Positions 1 through 7,674 of a stretch of 40,330 bases of DNA are shown in pieces (within the stretch, counting starts at the first letter, position 1; each line of letters starts with the position of its first letter). The position numbers and the translations under genes were made by a program. This DNA comes from a virus. Its lineage: Duplodnaviria > Caudoviricetes. A model generated the notes under the pieces. It did no database searches. It was given only the letters and a program-made list of their open reading frames with translations, and was not told where the DNA came from. The stretch is from the IMG/VR virus record IMGVR_UViG_3300010358_000006, positions 1-40,330 of that record; one strand, given 5' to 3'.

Positions 1-535
1 CTCTCTGCCGTCGCTGCCACAAGAGCGCGAACCGCGAGCTGCCGGGTGGGGGCACATCGGTAACGCGTCTCTCTCCGGCGGGTCCCGCCGAGACACTCGC
101 GGCGCCTCGGGCTACCCCACCCACCGCGGCCGCGTTGCCGGGCTCGACGACGTTGTCGTGCCGGGTGGCGTTGGCAGTGCCGACAATGCTGCGCGTGTGG
201 TGGGTGCGCACGCGTGCCTTGCGGTGGCAGCGCCGGCAGAGCGCCTCGAGGTTCGCCCACGCGTTCGCGCCGGGTTCGTTTGGGCAGCGGCCGTCGCGGT
301 GGTGCACCTCGTGCGCCTCGAGTCCGCACCGTGCGCATCGTGGGTGGGCGTGTAGGTAGGCGTTGCGTGCTCGGGTCCAGTGCCACCCGTAGCCGCCGTT
401 GGCGCGCCGCCTGCCCTCGTCGGTGCGTCGCCAGTTGTCCCACGAGGTGCGTCCGTGTGCGGTGCACCTGCCGGGTCCGCCCTCGACGAGCTCCGTGCAG
501 CCGGGTTGCGCGCATAGGTGCGTGGTGCGTCGCAC
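1..535 (-). CDS. Terminase-associated HNH endonuclease (HK97 gp74-like), runs off the left edge of the window
   Basis: Not in the ORF track. Manual translation from GTG 535: MRRTTHLCAQPGCTELV..RCTAH..GYGWHWTRARNAYLHAHPRCARCG..EVHHRDG..NAWANLEALCRRCHRK, a typical phage HNH pattern. The frame stays open to position 1. Confidence 0.85.
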   Translation of the reverse strand, partial: MRRTTHLCAQPGCTELVEGGPGRCTAHGRTSWDNWRRTDEGRRRANGGYGWHWTRARNAYLHAHPRCARCGLEAHEVHHRDGRCPNEPGANAWANLEALCRRCHRKARVRTHHTRSIVGTANATRHDNVVEPGNAAAVGGVARGAASVSAGPAGERRVTDVPPPGSSRFALLWQRRQR

Positions 536-624
536 TAGCCGAACCCGTTGAAGTAGCCGAACACGACGAACACGGCGATCACGACGAGCGCGATTTCGCC
601 GACGGTGACGGTGCGGAAGTTCAC
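535..624 (-). CDS. 29-aa single-TM micropeptide (MNFRTVTVGEIALVVIAVFVVFGYFNGFG)
   Basis: GTGA overlap with the upstream stop and TAGTG overlap with the HNH start; hydrophobic core. Confidence 0.6.
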   Translation of the reverse strand: MNFRTVTVGEIALVVIAVFVVFGYFNGFG

Positions 625-878
625 TTGTGCCTCGTCTTGCCGGCCTTGCCCATGTTCTTGACGCGTTTGGATGAGACGCGGGTGACGTGTGCCTTGCTGC
701 CGCTCGTGCCTGATTGCGCTGCTCGAGCTCGCGCGTTGGCGTGCAGGCGCAGGTTCTGCGCCGGCGAGATGCCTGCCTTGGCGGCTTGCGCCTTGGTTGG
801 GACCGGGTACTTGCGCTGCTTGGGGTATGCGAACGCGGAGTTTGGTAGGGCGTTGCGCTGCCTCGAGGTTAGTGCCAT
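621..878 (-). CDS. Small basic protein, DUF6582-like
   Basis: RNALPNSAFAYPKQRKYP..HANARAR motif resembles DUF6582 as recalled; GGAGG RBS upstream. Confidence 0.65.
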   Translation of the reverse strand: MALTSRQRNALPNSAFAYPKQRKYPVPTKAQAAKAGISPAQNLRLHANARARAAQSGTSGSKAHVTRVSSKRVKNMGKAGKTRHK

Positions 879-917
879 TGCGGGTTTCCTCCCGGGCTCG
901 CGGTGCTATGTGGGCCG

Positions 918-1017
918 GGTTCGCTCGGCGGTTCGCTCGGGTTGTCGCCCGGTTCGCACTTCCGCCTTGGTGGCGGGGGTTCGCTCGGGCGGCGTCCCGG
1001 TTCGCGCGCCGGTTCGC
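918..1017. repeat. Six direct copies of GGTTCGC (GCGAACC on the minus strand) in the presumed leader of the late operon
   Basis: Copies start at 918, 930, 951, 978, 999 and 1011. Confidence 0.8.
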
Positions 1018-1067
1018 TCTTGGCCTTGCGCGGGAGTTTAGCGCGGGATTTGGCTAGCGCAAACGAG

Positions 1068-1091
1068 CGACGCCCGCTTGCGCGGGCGTCG
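1068..1091 (-). terminator. GC hairpin with GCAA tetraloop downstream of 1122..1811
   Basis: CGACGCCCGC-GCAA-GCGGGCGTCG on the minus strand; weak U tail. Confidence 0.5.
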
Positions 1092-1121
1092 TGGGGTCCT
1101 CGAGTTGTTGCGGGGTGAAGG

Positions 1122-1811
1122 TTAGCGGTGGAGCCACGCGGCCCAGCCGAGCCGTTCGGCGCTTGTGACCTCGGCCCAGGTGGTGCGGTAGTTCGCGGCG
1201 ACGACGCGGTTCGATTGCTCGAACGCGATCCGCAGGACTTTGTTTCCGGTGGCGGCGGCTGCCTGCCACGCGGCGGCGTGGTCGGTTGCGCCGGCGTTGA
1301 GGTAGTGCACGTATTGCACGAACTGGCCGGCGGCTCGCATTGACGCGATGGCGAACGCTTCGGTGAGGTTCTCGTTTTGGAACCCTTGCCGGTGGAGCGA
1401 TTCGTGCAGGAGCGTGGTGAACGCGCCGACTGACTGCGCGGTGTAGATGCCGTTGATGAACTGCGCGGCGTTGTTGCATGTGCCGGCGCGCATGTGGATG
1501 GTGTTGCCGCCGGCGTAGTAGGCGATGATCGTGGGGATGATGGCGGGTGAGTCGCCGCGGCGGTAGGCGCCGAGCTCGAACGAGAGGTTGTCGGTGTAGC
1601 AGCGGACCTCGATGGGCCAGGGGATGGTTTTGCCGTGGGTTTGGGTGTAGCTCGCTTGCTCGAGCGCGTCGTGGACCCATGCGCGGAGGGCGTGGTCGTA
1701 GGTGTAGCTCGGCGTGACCGCGGCGTTGGCGGTGGTGGTGCCGATGAGGATGGTTGCCGTGAGCGCGATGGTTGCGAGCGCGGCGATGCGTGCGATGATG
1801 GTTGTTGCCAT
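1122..1811 (-). CDS. Secreted HExxH zinc-metallopeptidase-like protein
   Basis: N-terminal signal peptide ending ANA; LLHESLH..ENLTE motif. Confidence 0.6.
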   Translation of the reverse strand: MATTIIARIAALATIALTATILIGTTTANAAVTPSYTYDHALRAWVHDALEQASYTQTHGKTIPWPIEVRCYTDNLSFELGAYRRGDSPAIIPTIIAYYAGGNTIHMRAGTCNNAAQFINGIYTAQSVGAFTTLLHESLHRQGFQNENLTEAFAIASMRAAGQFVQYVHYLNAGATDHAAAWQAAAATGNKVLRIAFEQSNRVVAANYRTTWAEVTSAERLGWAAWLHR

Positions 1812-1878
1812 TTGGGGGTATCTCCCTTTTGGTCATGGCCGGGGACGTTCGTGCGTCGCCCGGCCGCTTTTGGTTTGG

Positions 1879-2079
1879 TTAGTTGCGCTCGCGGATGAGC
1901 GCGATAGCGTCGGCGTCACGCCGCGCGTGGTACGCGGCGTGCTCGGCGACGTCCTGCTCGAGCAGCGTGCGCAGGCTCGAGCGCATCGTGAGCCCACACG
2001 TGCAGCGGGCCTCGAACCCGTCGAGCGCGCCGGCGGAGCTCGGAGCGATGGGGGTGATGGGGGTAATCGCGTGGTTCAT
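1879..2079 (-). CDS. Small CxC/His protein (alternative leaderless start at 2112)
   Basis: GAAAGGA RBS before ATG 2079; RCTCG..EH..YH. Confidence 0.65.
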   Translation of the reverse strand: MNHAITPITPIAPSSAGALDGFEARCTCGLTMRSSLRTLLEQDVAEHAAYHARRDADAIALIRERN

Positions 2080-2091
2080 GACGGTCCTTTC

Positions 2092-2250
2092 GCTAGTGGT
2101 CGATGTCGTCATGTCTATAATGTAGCGCATGTTGGCGTGGGGTGTCTTAGAGTTGTCCTAGAGTTTGGCTTGGTGGCTTGCGCCTCGAGCCGCTGTTCGT
2201 CTACTATGTAGACATGACGTTGACCACTAGCAGCGAAAGGATTGACATGA
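2092..2250. promoter_or_regulatory. Divergent early promoters with palindromic operator GTCTAC-TAT-GTAGAC (2199-2213)
   Basis: Plus strand: TTGCGC-18-TACTAT-6-ATG. Minus strand: TACATT-6-ATG. Both share TAGACATGACG and GACCACTAGC..GAAAGGA. Confidence 0.65.
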
Positions 2251-2420
2251 ACGGCACCTACGGTTTCACGTTTGACCCGCACGGTTGGGAGGACGGGTTC
2301 GACCTCGAGTCCGGTGACGCGAGCGACGACACCTACTGCGAGTCGTGTGACTCGACCGTCGACTACTCGGACGGCAGCAAGTACGGCAAGTGCAAGTGCG
2401 ACGACGGGGGGCCCGCGTGA
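2247..2420 (+). CDS. Small acidic Cys-containing protein (alternative leaderless start at 2214)
   Basis: GAAAGGA RBS; 57 aa with 14 D/E; CESC..CKC. Confidence 0.7.
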   Translation: MNGTYGFTFDPHGWEDGFDLESGDASDDTYCESCDSTVDYSDGSKYGKCKCDDGGPA

Positions 2421-2623
2421 TGGCCCCCGAAACGTCGGGCTACTACGCGCCGCTCGCGATCACCGACACGTTCACGCATGGCGCGTGGACGTTGTACGTG
2501 GGCACGACGCCGGCGGGCGAGCACGTCGTCGAGTTTCACACGCCGGCGTCGCCGCGCTACCAACGCCAGTACTTCACAACCGCGCGCGAGGCGCGCGACT
2601 ACGCGAAAGGATGGCTGTCGTGA
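2420..2623 (+). CDS. Hypothetical protein (67 aa)
   Basis: TGATG coupling to the upstream gene; MAPETSGYYAP..FTTAREARDYAKGWLS. Confidence 0.7.
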   Translation: MAPETSGYYAPLAITDTFTHGAWTLYVGTTPAGEHVVEFHTPASPRYQRQYFTTAREARDYAKGWLS

Positions 2624-2835
2624 GCGCCAGGGAGGTGTTGGCGCGTGCCGAGCTCGAGCGGCGCCGTGTTGAGCGCGCCGCAAGGGCGTTCGACGTTGCG
2701 CGGGTCGAGCTCGACGACGCCATCGTCGCCGGCCGCCATGCGGGGTTGACGTTCCGGGACCTTGCCGACGCGACGGGGTTGTCACCGGAGTGGGTGCGCC
2801 GGATCGCGGCGGGTACGGCGAGGGCGCGCGGGTAG
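2620..2835 (+). CDS. Small HTH DNA-binding protein
   Basis: GTGA overlap; LDDAIVAGRHAGLTFRDLADATGLSPEWVRRI HTH. Confidence 0.8.
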   Translation: MSAREVLARAELERRRVERAARAFDVARVELDDAIVAGRHAGLTFRDLADATGLSPEWVRRIAAGTARARG

Positions 2836-2880
2836 ACTCGCCGCCGCGACGGTCGGTATCCGACCGCCTTGCGCGAACAT

Positions 2881-2917
2881 GAGCGCCGGTCCCGTTCCCG
2901 TGGCCGGCGCTCTTTTC
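2881..2917 (+). terminator. Rho-independent terminator
   Basis: GAGCGCCGG..CCGGCGCTC stem followed by TTTT. Confidence 0.75.
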
Positions 2918-3014
2918 ACGACGGCGGCACGTTCGGGTGAGAGAGACGGGGCCGGCGTCGAAGCACCTAGCCGCGCTCCGAACCGGCCCTGGGAATACAC
3001 GATACTCGCCCTCG

Positions 3015-3036
3015 TTGTGTATAGTGCAGTACACAA
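3015..3036 (+). promoter_or_regulatory. -10 box (TATAGT) overlapped by inverted repeat TTGTGTA-N8-TACACAA
   Basis: Perfect 7-bp inverted repeat upstream of a GAAAGGA RBS and ATG 3089. Confidence 0.7.
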
Positions 3037-3088
3037 ATCGCCCTCGCTCGGCTCCGGCCGGGCGGGAACCTAGCCGAAAGGAATCAAC

Positions 3089-5161
3089 ATGAATGCAAGA
3101 CCTCGCCAACGTCCCTCGCGGGCGTTGCGCGAAACCCTCTTTTTACGCTCGGGCGGCGTCTGCGAGCGCGACGGTTGCGATACGCCGATCACGCTCGAGA
3201 CGATGCAGGTCGCGCATTTGCGCTCGCACGCGCACGGCGGCCCGCTCACGATCGAGAACACGGCCGCATGGTGCGCGCCATGCAACCACACTCAGGGATG
3301 GCGGGATGCCGCCGACACGCGTCTATTGCCGCGCCAGTGGCAGCTCGACGCGCTCGACCGGATCGTTGCGCGGATCGCGCGCGACGGCGTCGCGACCGTC
3401 AGCGCCGCCCCGGGCGCCGGCAAAACGATCTTCGCCGGCCTTGTATTCGAGGCGCTCTATGAGGCCGACCTCGTCGACCGCATGGTCGTCCTCGCGCCGC
3501 GGCTAACGCTCGTCGACCAATGGGTCGGCGCGCTTCTCGGCGCCCGCCATCTTCAATTGCGTCCCGGTCATGAGGTCGAACGCGACGGCCAGGACGGCGT
3601 CGTTGTCACCTATCAGTCGTTGAACGCCGACACGCTCGCGGTGCATCGCCGCATGGCCGCGCACCAACGCACGCTCCTCGTCCCCGACGAGGTCCACCAC
3701 GTCGGCGAGCACGAACGCTCCGCGTGGGCCCGCAACGTGCGGGAGCTCGCCGGCGTCGTCGACGTCGACCTCCACGTCGCCGGCGTCCTCAACCTCTCCG
3801 GGACGCTTTGGCGCTCCCGCACCGACGAGCGCATCTCGACCGTCCGCTACCGCGCGGCCGGCGAGAACAAAATCGAGGCGCTCGTCGACCACGACGAACC
3901 GACCGCGAAACTGATTCTCGACGGCCAACTACGCCCCGTTGACCTCCACACGATCGACGGCCGCGTCGAGCTATTCGAAACCGCGAACTTCCAAATGGTC
4001 GCGTCCGACATGATCGACCTCGACGAGCCGGCCGCGCGCGCCGTCATCCGCGAGCTCGCCGGACAACAGCCGTGGCTCGAGGCGTTCGTCGCGAAAATCC
4101 TCGGCCAGCTACAGCAGGCGCACGACCTTCTCGAGGGCCACCCTGTCAAAGCGCTAATCGTTGCCGCCCGGCAAGAGGACGCCTACATCTACCGCGACGA
4201 GGTCAACCGGCAAATGCGCGCGCTCGGACTTACCCCGTTCGCCGAGGTCGCTGTCTCCGACGAGCCCGACGCGGCCGCGACCCTGAGACGGTTTCGCGGC
4301 TCGCCGAATGCGGGCGTCCTCTGTACGGTCGACATGGCGGGCGAGGGCTACGACTGTCCCGATATCGCCGTCATCGGTTACGCCTCGAACAAACTCACGC
4401 CGCTCTACATTCGGCAGGTGATCGCGCGCGCGATGCGGGTCACCGAAACCGAACGCCGGCTCGGACAGGTGATTCCCGCCGTCGTCGTCGCGCCGAACGT
4501 TGAGCCGCTCCTCGGAACACTCAAGGCGCACCTAGGCCCGTTCTCGCACGAAATCATGCTTGAGGCGCAACGCGACCTCCGCGCGACCGGCGAGGGCGAG
4601 GGCCAGCTGCGGTTGCACGAACAGCCCTACATCATCGACTCGGTTGTCCCGGGCCAGCAGTTCGTAACCGTGCCGCTACCCGAGGGCGAAGGAATCACGT
4701 TCACCGAACAACAACTCGCGGCGATGGGCGATCTATTCCGCCGTTTCAACGTGCCCGCGATCTGGCATGCCCGGTTTGTCGCTGCGATGCAAGATTGGAT
4801 GCGCGAGCAACAGCGCTCCAATCCATTCGACCCGCGGTTCGCCGACACGGACGCTGCCGGGTCGGCTCCGGTCGGCCGGCGTGAGCCGAGCATCGAGGAG
4901 CTCGCCGAAATCCGCACGGGTCAGATTCGCCGGCTCGAGCGGTGGTTCGCGGTCAACGGCGATACGCCGATTCAACTCTGGGTCGCGCGCGCCAACAAAA
5001 CCGCCGGCATCCCGACCGGCAAACGCGCCGAGGCGACCGTCGAACAACTCGAGCGACTCCTCACGATCGAGCGCGACCTGATCGCCGCCTACTGCCGCGA
5101 GAGCGGCACAACCCCGCCACGCGGGAGCTTCACACGGGAGGCGGGCGGCGCCGATGCCTGA
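3089..5161 (+). CDS. N-terminal HNH nuclease fused to an SF2 (ResIII/DExH) helicase
   Basis: HNH: CERDGC..QVAH..HGGPLTIEN..CAPCN. Helicase: APGAGKT, DEVHH, LSGT, DMAGEGYDCP, QVIARAMR. Confidence 0.85.
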   Translation: MNARPRQRPSRALRETLFLRSGGVCERDGCDTPITLETMQVAHLRSHAHGGPLTIENTAAWCAPCNHTQGWRDAADTRLLPRQWQLDALDRIVARIARDGVATVSAAPGAGKTIFAGLVFEALYEADLVDRMVVLAPRLTLVDQWVGALLGARHLQLRPGHEVERDGQDGVVVTYQSLNADTLAVHRRMAAHQRTLLVPDEVHHVGEHERSAWARNVRELAGVVDVDLHVAGVLNLSGTLWRSRTDERISTVRYRAAGENKIEALVDHDEPTAKLILDGQLRPVDLHTIDGRVELFETANFQMVASDMIDLDEPAARAVIRELAGQQPWLEAFVAKILGQLQQAHDLLEGHPVKALIVAARQEDAYIYRDEVNRQMRALGLTPFAEVAVSDEPDAAATLRRFRGSPNAGVLCTVDMAGEGYDCPDIAVIGYASNKLTPLYIRQVIARAMRVTETERRLGQVIPAVVVAPNVEPLLGTLKAHLGPFSHEIMLEAQRDLRATGEGEGQLRLHEQPYIIDSVVPGQQFVTVPLPEGEGITFTEQQLAAMGDLFRRFNVPAIWHARFVAAMQDWMREQQRSNPFDPRFADTDAAGSAPVGRREPSIEELAEIRTGQIRRLERWFAVNGDTPIQLWVARANKTAGIPTGKRAEATVEQLERLLTIERDLIAAYCRESGTTPPRGSFTREAGGADA

Positions 5162-5756
5162 ACCACTCGACAACCACGGCCGCGAAGTGAGCTCGTTTAT
5201 CTCGCGGGCGACCAACCTCACTCGCACCGCCGAGCTCGTCGACGTCATCTCAGAGATGGCCGCCTCCGACGCGTGGCGCGACTACACGACCGCGCTCGGC
5301 CGCCAACAGTGGCGCGAGTCGGAGTTTGATTACTTCCTGATCGCGTGCGGATTGCCGTTCGCGGACGTCTCGCGCGTGATTGCGTGGTCGCGTAAGGGCG
5401 GGCAGTTGGCGCCGATGATGGATACGCAGGCGAACGCGGAGCGGCGGCGCACGCTCGCGGAGGCGTCGGCCGCCTACCGTTCGCCCGGCACGTCGCTCGT
5501 CGAGGAGGCGCAACGACTCGGTTGGGCACGCGCTCCCGGCCATGGTGCCAGCCTCCCCATGGGGACTCTGAAGTCAGCGATCCCGAAACAGTCGCGGGCG
5601 CGTGCTCGTCGTGCCGCGCGGCCTGAGCCGCTCCCGGCCAAGCGGCGCCGCGAGCTCGACCGGCTCAGCGATGAGATTCTCGCCGGGCTCGCGAACAACG
5701 ACGAGCGCCGCTACCTCATCGCCCGTCTCAGTCGCAAGCAAGGCCGGCCGTCATGA
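5154..5756 (+). CDS. Hypothetical protein, operon partner of the HNH-helicase
   Basis: 8-nt overlap with the helicase gene; WRDY..G..FDYF..GL motif; basic C-terminus. Confidence 0.75.
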   Translation: MPEPLDNHGREVSSFISRATNLTRTAELVDVISEMAASDAWRDYTTALGRQQWRESEFDYFLIACGLPFADVSRVIAWSRKGGQLAPMMDTQANAERRRTLAEASAAYRSPGTSLVEEAQRLGWARAPGHGASLPMGTLKSAIPKQSRARARRAARPEPLPAKRRRELDRLSDEILAGLANNDERRYLIARLSRKQGRPS

Positions 5757-5962
5757 AGCGGCGCGAGCCGACACCATCCGATCGGGCCGCGCTTCTGCGG
5801 GCGGCCCGTTCGGAGCGCCTCGCACGCGAACGCTGGGACAGATCGCTCGCCGTGCTCGAGCAAGCGATCAAGCAGGCATCGGCTAACGGCGCCAGCCTGC
5901 GCGAAATCGCGGCGCTGATCGGTCGTTCCCATGGTCGCGTTCGTGACCTCATTCACCGCTGA
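5753..5962 (+). CDS. Small HTH protein
   Basis: ATGA overlap; AIKQASANGASLREIAALIGRSHGRVRDLI. Confidence 0.8.
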   Translation: MKRREPTPSDRAALLRAARSERLARERWDRSLAVLEQAIKQASANGASLREIAALIGRSHGRVRDLIHR

Positions 5963-6205
5963 CTAGCCGGCACGGTTGCGGCGCCACGTGTCGCGCTGGG
6001 GGCAGGTGACGAAATGCGAGCGGTAGAGGGGTTCGTCGGTGAACGCGTCCGGTGTGGTCGCGAGCGCGCGGGTGCCTCGTTCGCGGAGCACGAACAGCCC
6101 TCGCGGGTCGTGGCCGATGTAGGGGTCGGCGTCGAGCGGCATCCGGCGGTCGTGCTCGGTGAGCACCCAACGCACCGAGGCGCCGCACGAGCGGCACGCG
6201 CTCAC
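5963..6205 (-). CDS. Small Zn-binding protein
   Basis: GTG 6205; CRSCG..MPLDADP..SHFVTCP. Confidence 0.75.
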   Translation of the reverse strand: MSACRSCGASVRWVLTEHDRRMPLDADPYIGHDPRGLFVLRERGTRALATTPDAFTDEPLYRSHFVTCPQRDTWRRNRAG

Positions 6206-6408
6206 CGCTGCACCTCGAGCACGCCGACGCGTTCGAGCTCGGCCAGTGCGCGGAGCACGTCGGCCTCGTCGACGTCGAACTTGGCGGCGAGGTAGTCGAT
6301 GGCGGGGATGTTCGGGCGTGGCGTGGGGTCGAGCCACACGCACACGATTTGGTAGGCGAGCTCGCTGACCGTGGGGCCGCCGCCGATGTACGCGGGTAGG
6401 CGCCTCAT
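6202..6408 (-). CDS. Small winged-helix-like protein, paralog of 10467..10733
   Basis: MRRLP..GGP.VS.LAYQIVC..DVL.AL.ELERVGV is shared with the paralog. Confidence 0.7.
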   Translation of the reverse strand: MRRLPAYIGGGPTVSELAYQIVCVWLDPTPRPNIPAIDYLAAKFDVDEADVLRALAELERVGVLEVQR

Positions 6409-6833
6409 GAGCCTGCCTGCCTGACGACGACGTGTGCGGCGGGGGCGCCGTAGTGCTTGCGCGCGTGGAGCTCGACGAACTGCGCGTCATCGACCACCAA
6501 GACGCCGGTGAGCGCGTCACCGATGGCGCGCACCAACTTGTCGAGGTCGGGGCGTTTGTCGCAGAACATCGGCGCCGACGGCTTGAGCACGCCGTGGTTG
6601 CGTCCGCTGCCGTAATGCGCCTTGGGGCGGCCGAACACGAACGTGACGTCGAGCTCGAGCGGACCGGTGAGCGGGCGCGGTGGCATGACCATCGCGGCCT
6701 CGGCGGCGACGGCGTTGCGCCACGGCACCAACTGGTCGCGGTTGCCGGCGATGGTGGGGCGTCCTTTGCCGAGCGAGCGGAGCGAGCCTTGCGCGACGGG
6801 GGTGCCGGCGACGGTGAACGCGACCTCGGTCAT
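6405..6833 (-). CDS. rusA: RusA-family Holliday junction resolvase
   Basis: GTPVAQGS..RPDLDKLVRAIGDALTG..DDAQ motifs. Confidence 0.9.
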   Translation of the reverse strand: MTEVAFTVAGTPVAQGSLRSLGKGRPTIAGNRDQLVPWRNAVAAEAAMVMPPRPLTGPLELDVTFVFGRPKAHYGSGRNHGVLKPSAPMFCDKRPDLDKLVRAIGDALTGVLVVDDAQFVELHARKHYGAPAAHVVVRQAGS

Positions 6834-6886
6834 GCCGCGTCCGTTGGTAACATTCGCGATCCGTTCGGGCTTGAACGGAATCCGCT

Positions 6887-7591
6887 ATGAGCGCCCACGA
6901 GCCCGAGCCACTCACGCTGTTCGAACTCACGTCGATTCCGAGTCGCCAGGTGACAGACCCGACGCTTGCGCTCGAGGGTGAACGCTGGTGTTCCGGGTCC
7001 GGGGTGCCCGGCGACAACTGCGAGTTTGGTCATCCGGTCGCCGCGGAGTGGACGGATGTAGCTTGGCGAGAGACGTCTAGAGAAATGCGAGATACATCGC
7101 GCATTTCTTACAACCGGGCGATGTGCTCCCGCTGCGAGCAGACGCGGCGCAACTATCTCGACAGCGTCGAGGATGGCGATGTGGCAAAGGCCCGAGCGTG
7201 GCTTAGTGATGAGGCGCGGAAGTTTGCGAAAGCATGGGGCTGCACCTCTGCCGAGGCCCGCTACCGATTCGAACTCCACGGGGTCACTCTTGATTTCATG
7301 ACGAGACTGTTCAAGGACGCTAGGGCACGCGGGACGTGTCCAGACTGGCGACACGGCGGTTGCAACACGGCGTTCGCCCCCGGCCCTCACGACGTCACTG
7401 GCGACATCAAAGACCCCGTCGCCGTGGAGGAGCGCGGCTACCTGCTTGCTGACGACATTCACGCTCAATGCTTCACCTGCAACCGAAAGAAAAACCGCAA
7501 ACGGTGGGATGAGTGGCTTCGCGTCTGCGCGTTCTTTCACTCGTGCGATCTGTATGAGCCACCCGGTCGACAGGTGCCGCTTGGGTCGTAG
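6887..7591 (+). CDS. Cys-rich HNH-like protein, lone plus-strand gene
   Basis: CSRC, CPD..GC and DDIHAQCFTCNRKK motifs; lower-GC codon usage. Confidence 0.6.
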   Translation: MSAHEPEPLTLFELTSIPSRQVTDPTLALEGERWCSGSGVPGDNCEFGHPVAAEWTDVAWRETSREMRDTSRISYNRAMCSRCEQTRRNYLDSVEDGDVAKARAWLSDEARKFAKAWGCTSAEARYRFELHGVTLDFMTRLFKDARARGTCPDWRHGGCNTAFAPGPHDVTGDIKDPVAVEERGYLLADDIHAQCFTCNRKKNRKRWDEWLRVCAFFHSCDLYEPPGRQVPLGS

Positions 7592-7600
7592 AGTCAGATA

Positions 7601-7646
7601 GCCAGCGGGGCGCGCGCCGGGGCTTCGGCTCGCGCCCGTCGCTGGC
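7601..7646. terminator. Long GC hairpin between convergent genes
   Basis: GCCAGCG.GGGCGCG.GCCG..CGGC.CGCGCCC.CGCTGGC imperfect inverted repeat. Confidence 0.55.
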
Positions 7647-7674
7647 ATCATCGCGGCCGTGTCGGTCGCGATCT

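Noticed and set aside
918-1017. CRISPR array
   Set aside because: Repeats are only 7 bp with 5-20 bp spacers, and there are no cas genes; the PD-(D/E)XK gene sits in a RecE/RecT context.
1837-1871. Hairpin plus TTTT suggesting a plus-strand terminator or hidden antisense transcript
   Set aside because: The structure is real, but no supportable plus-strand gene or promoter lies upstream, so no function was assigned.
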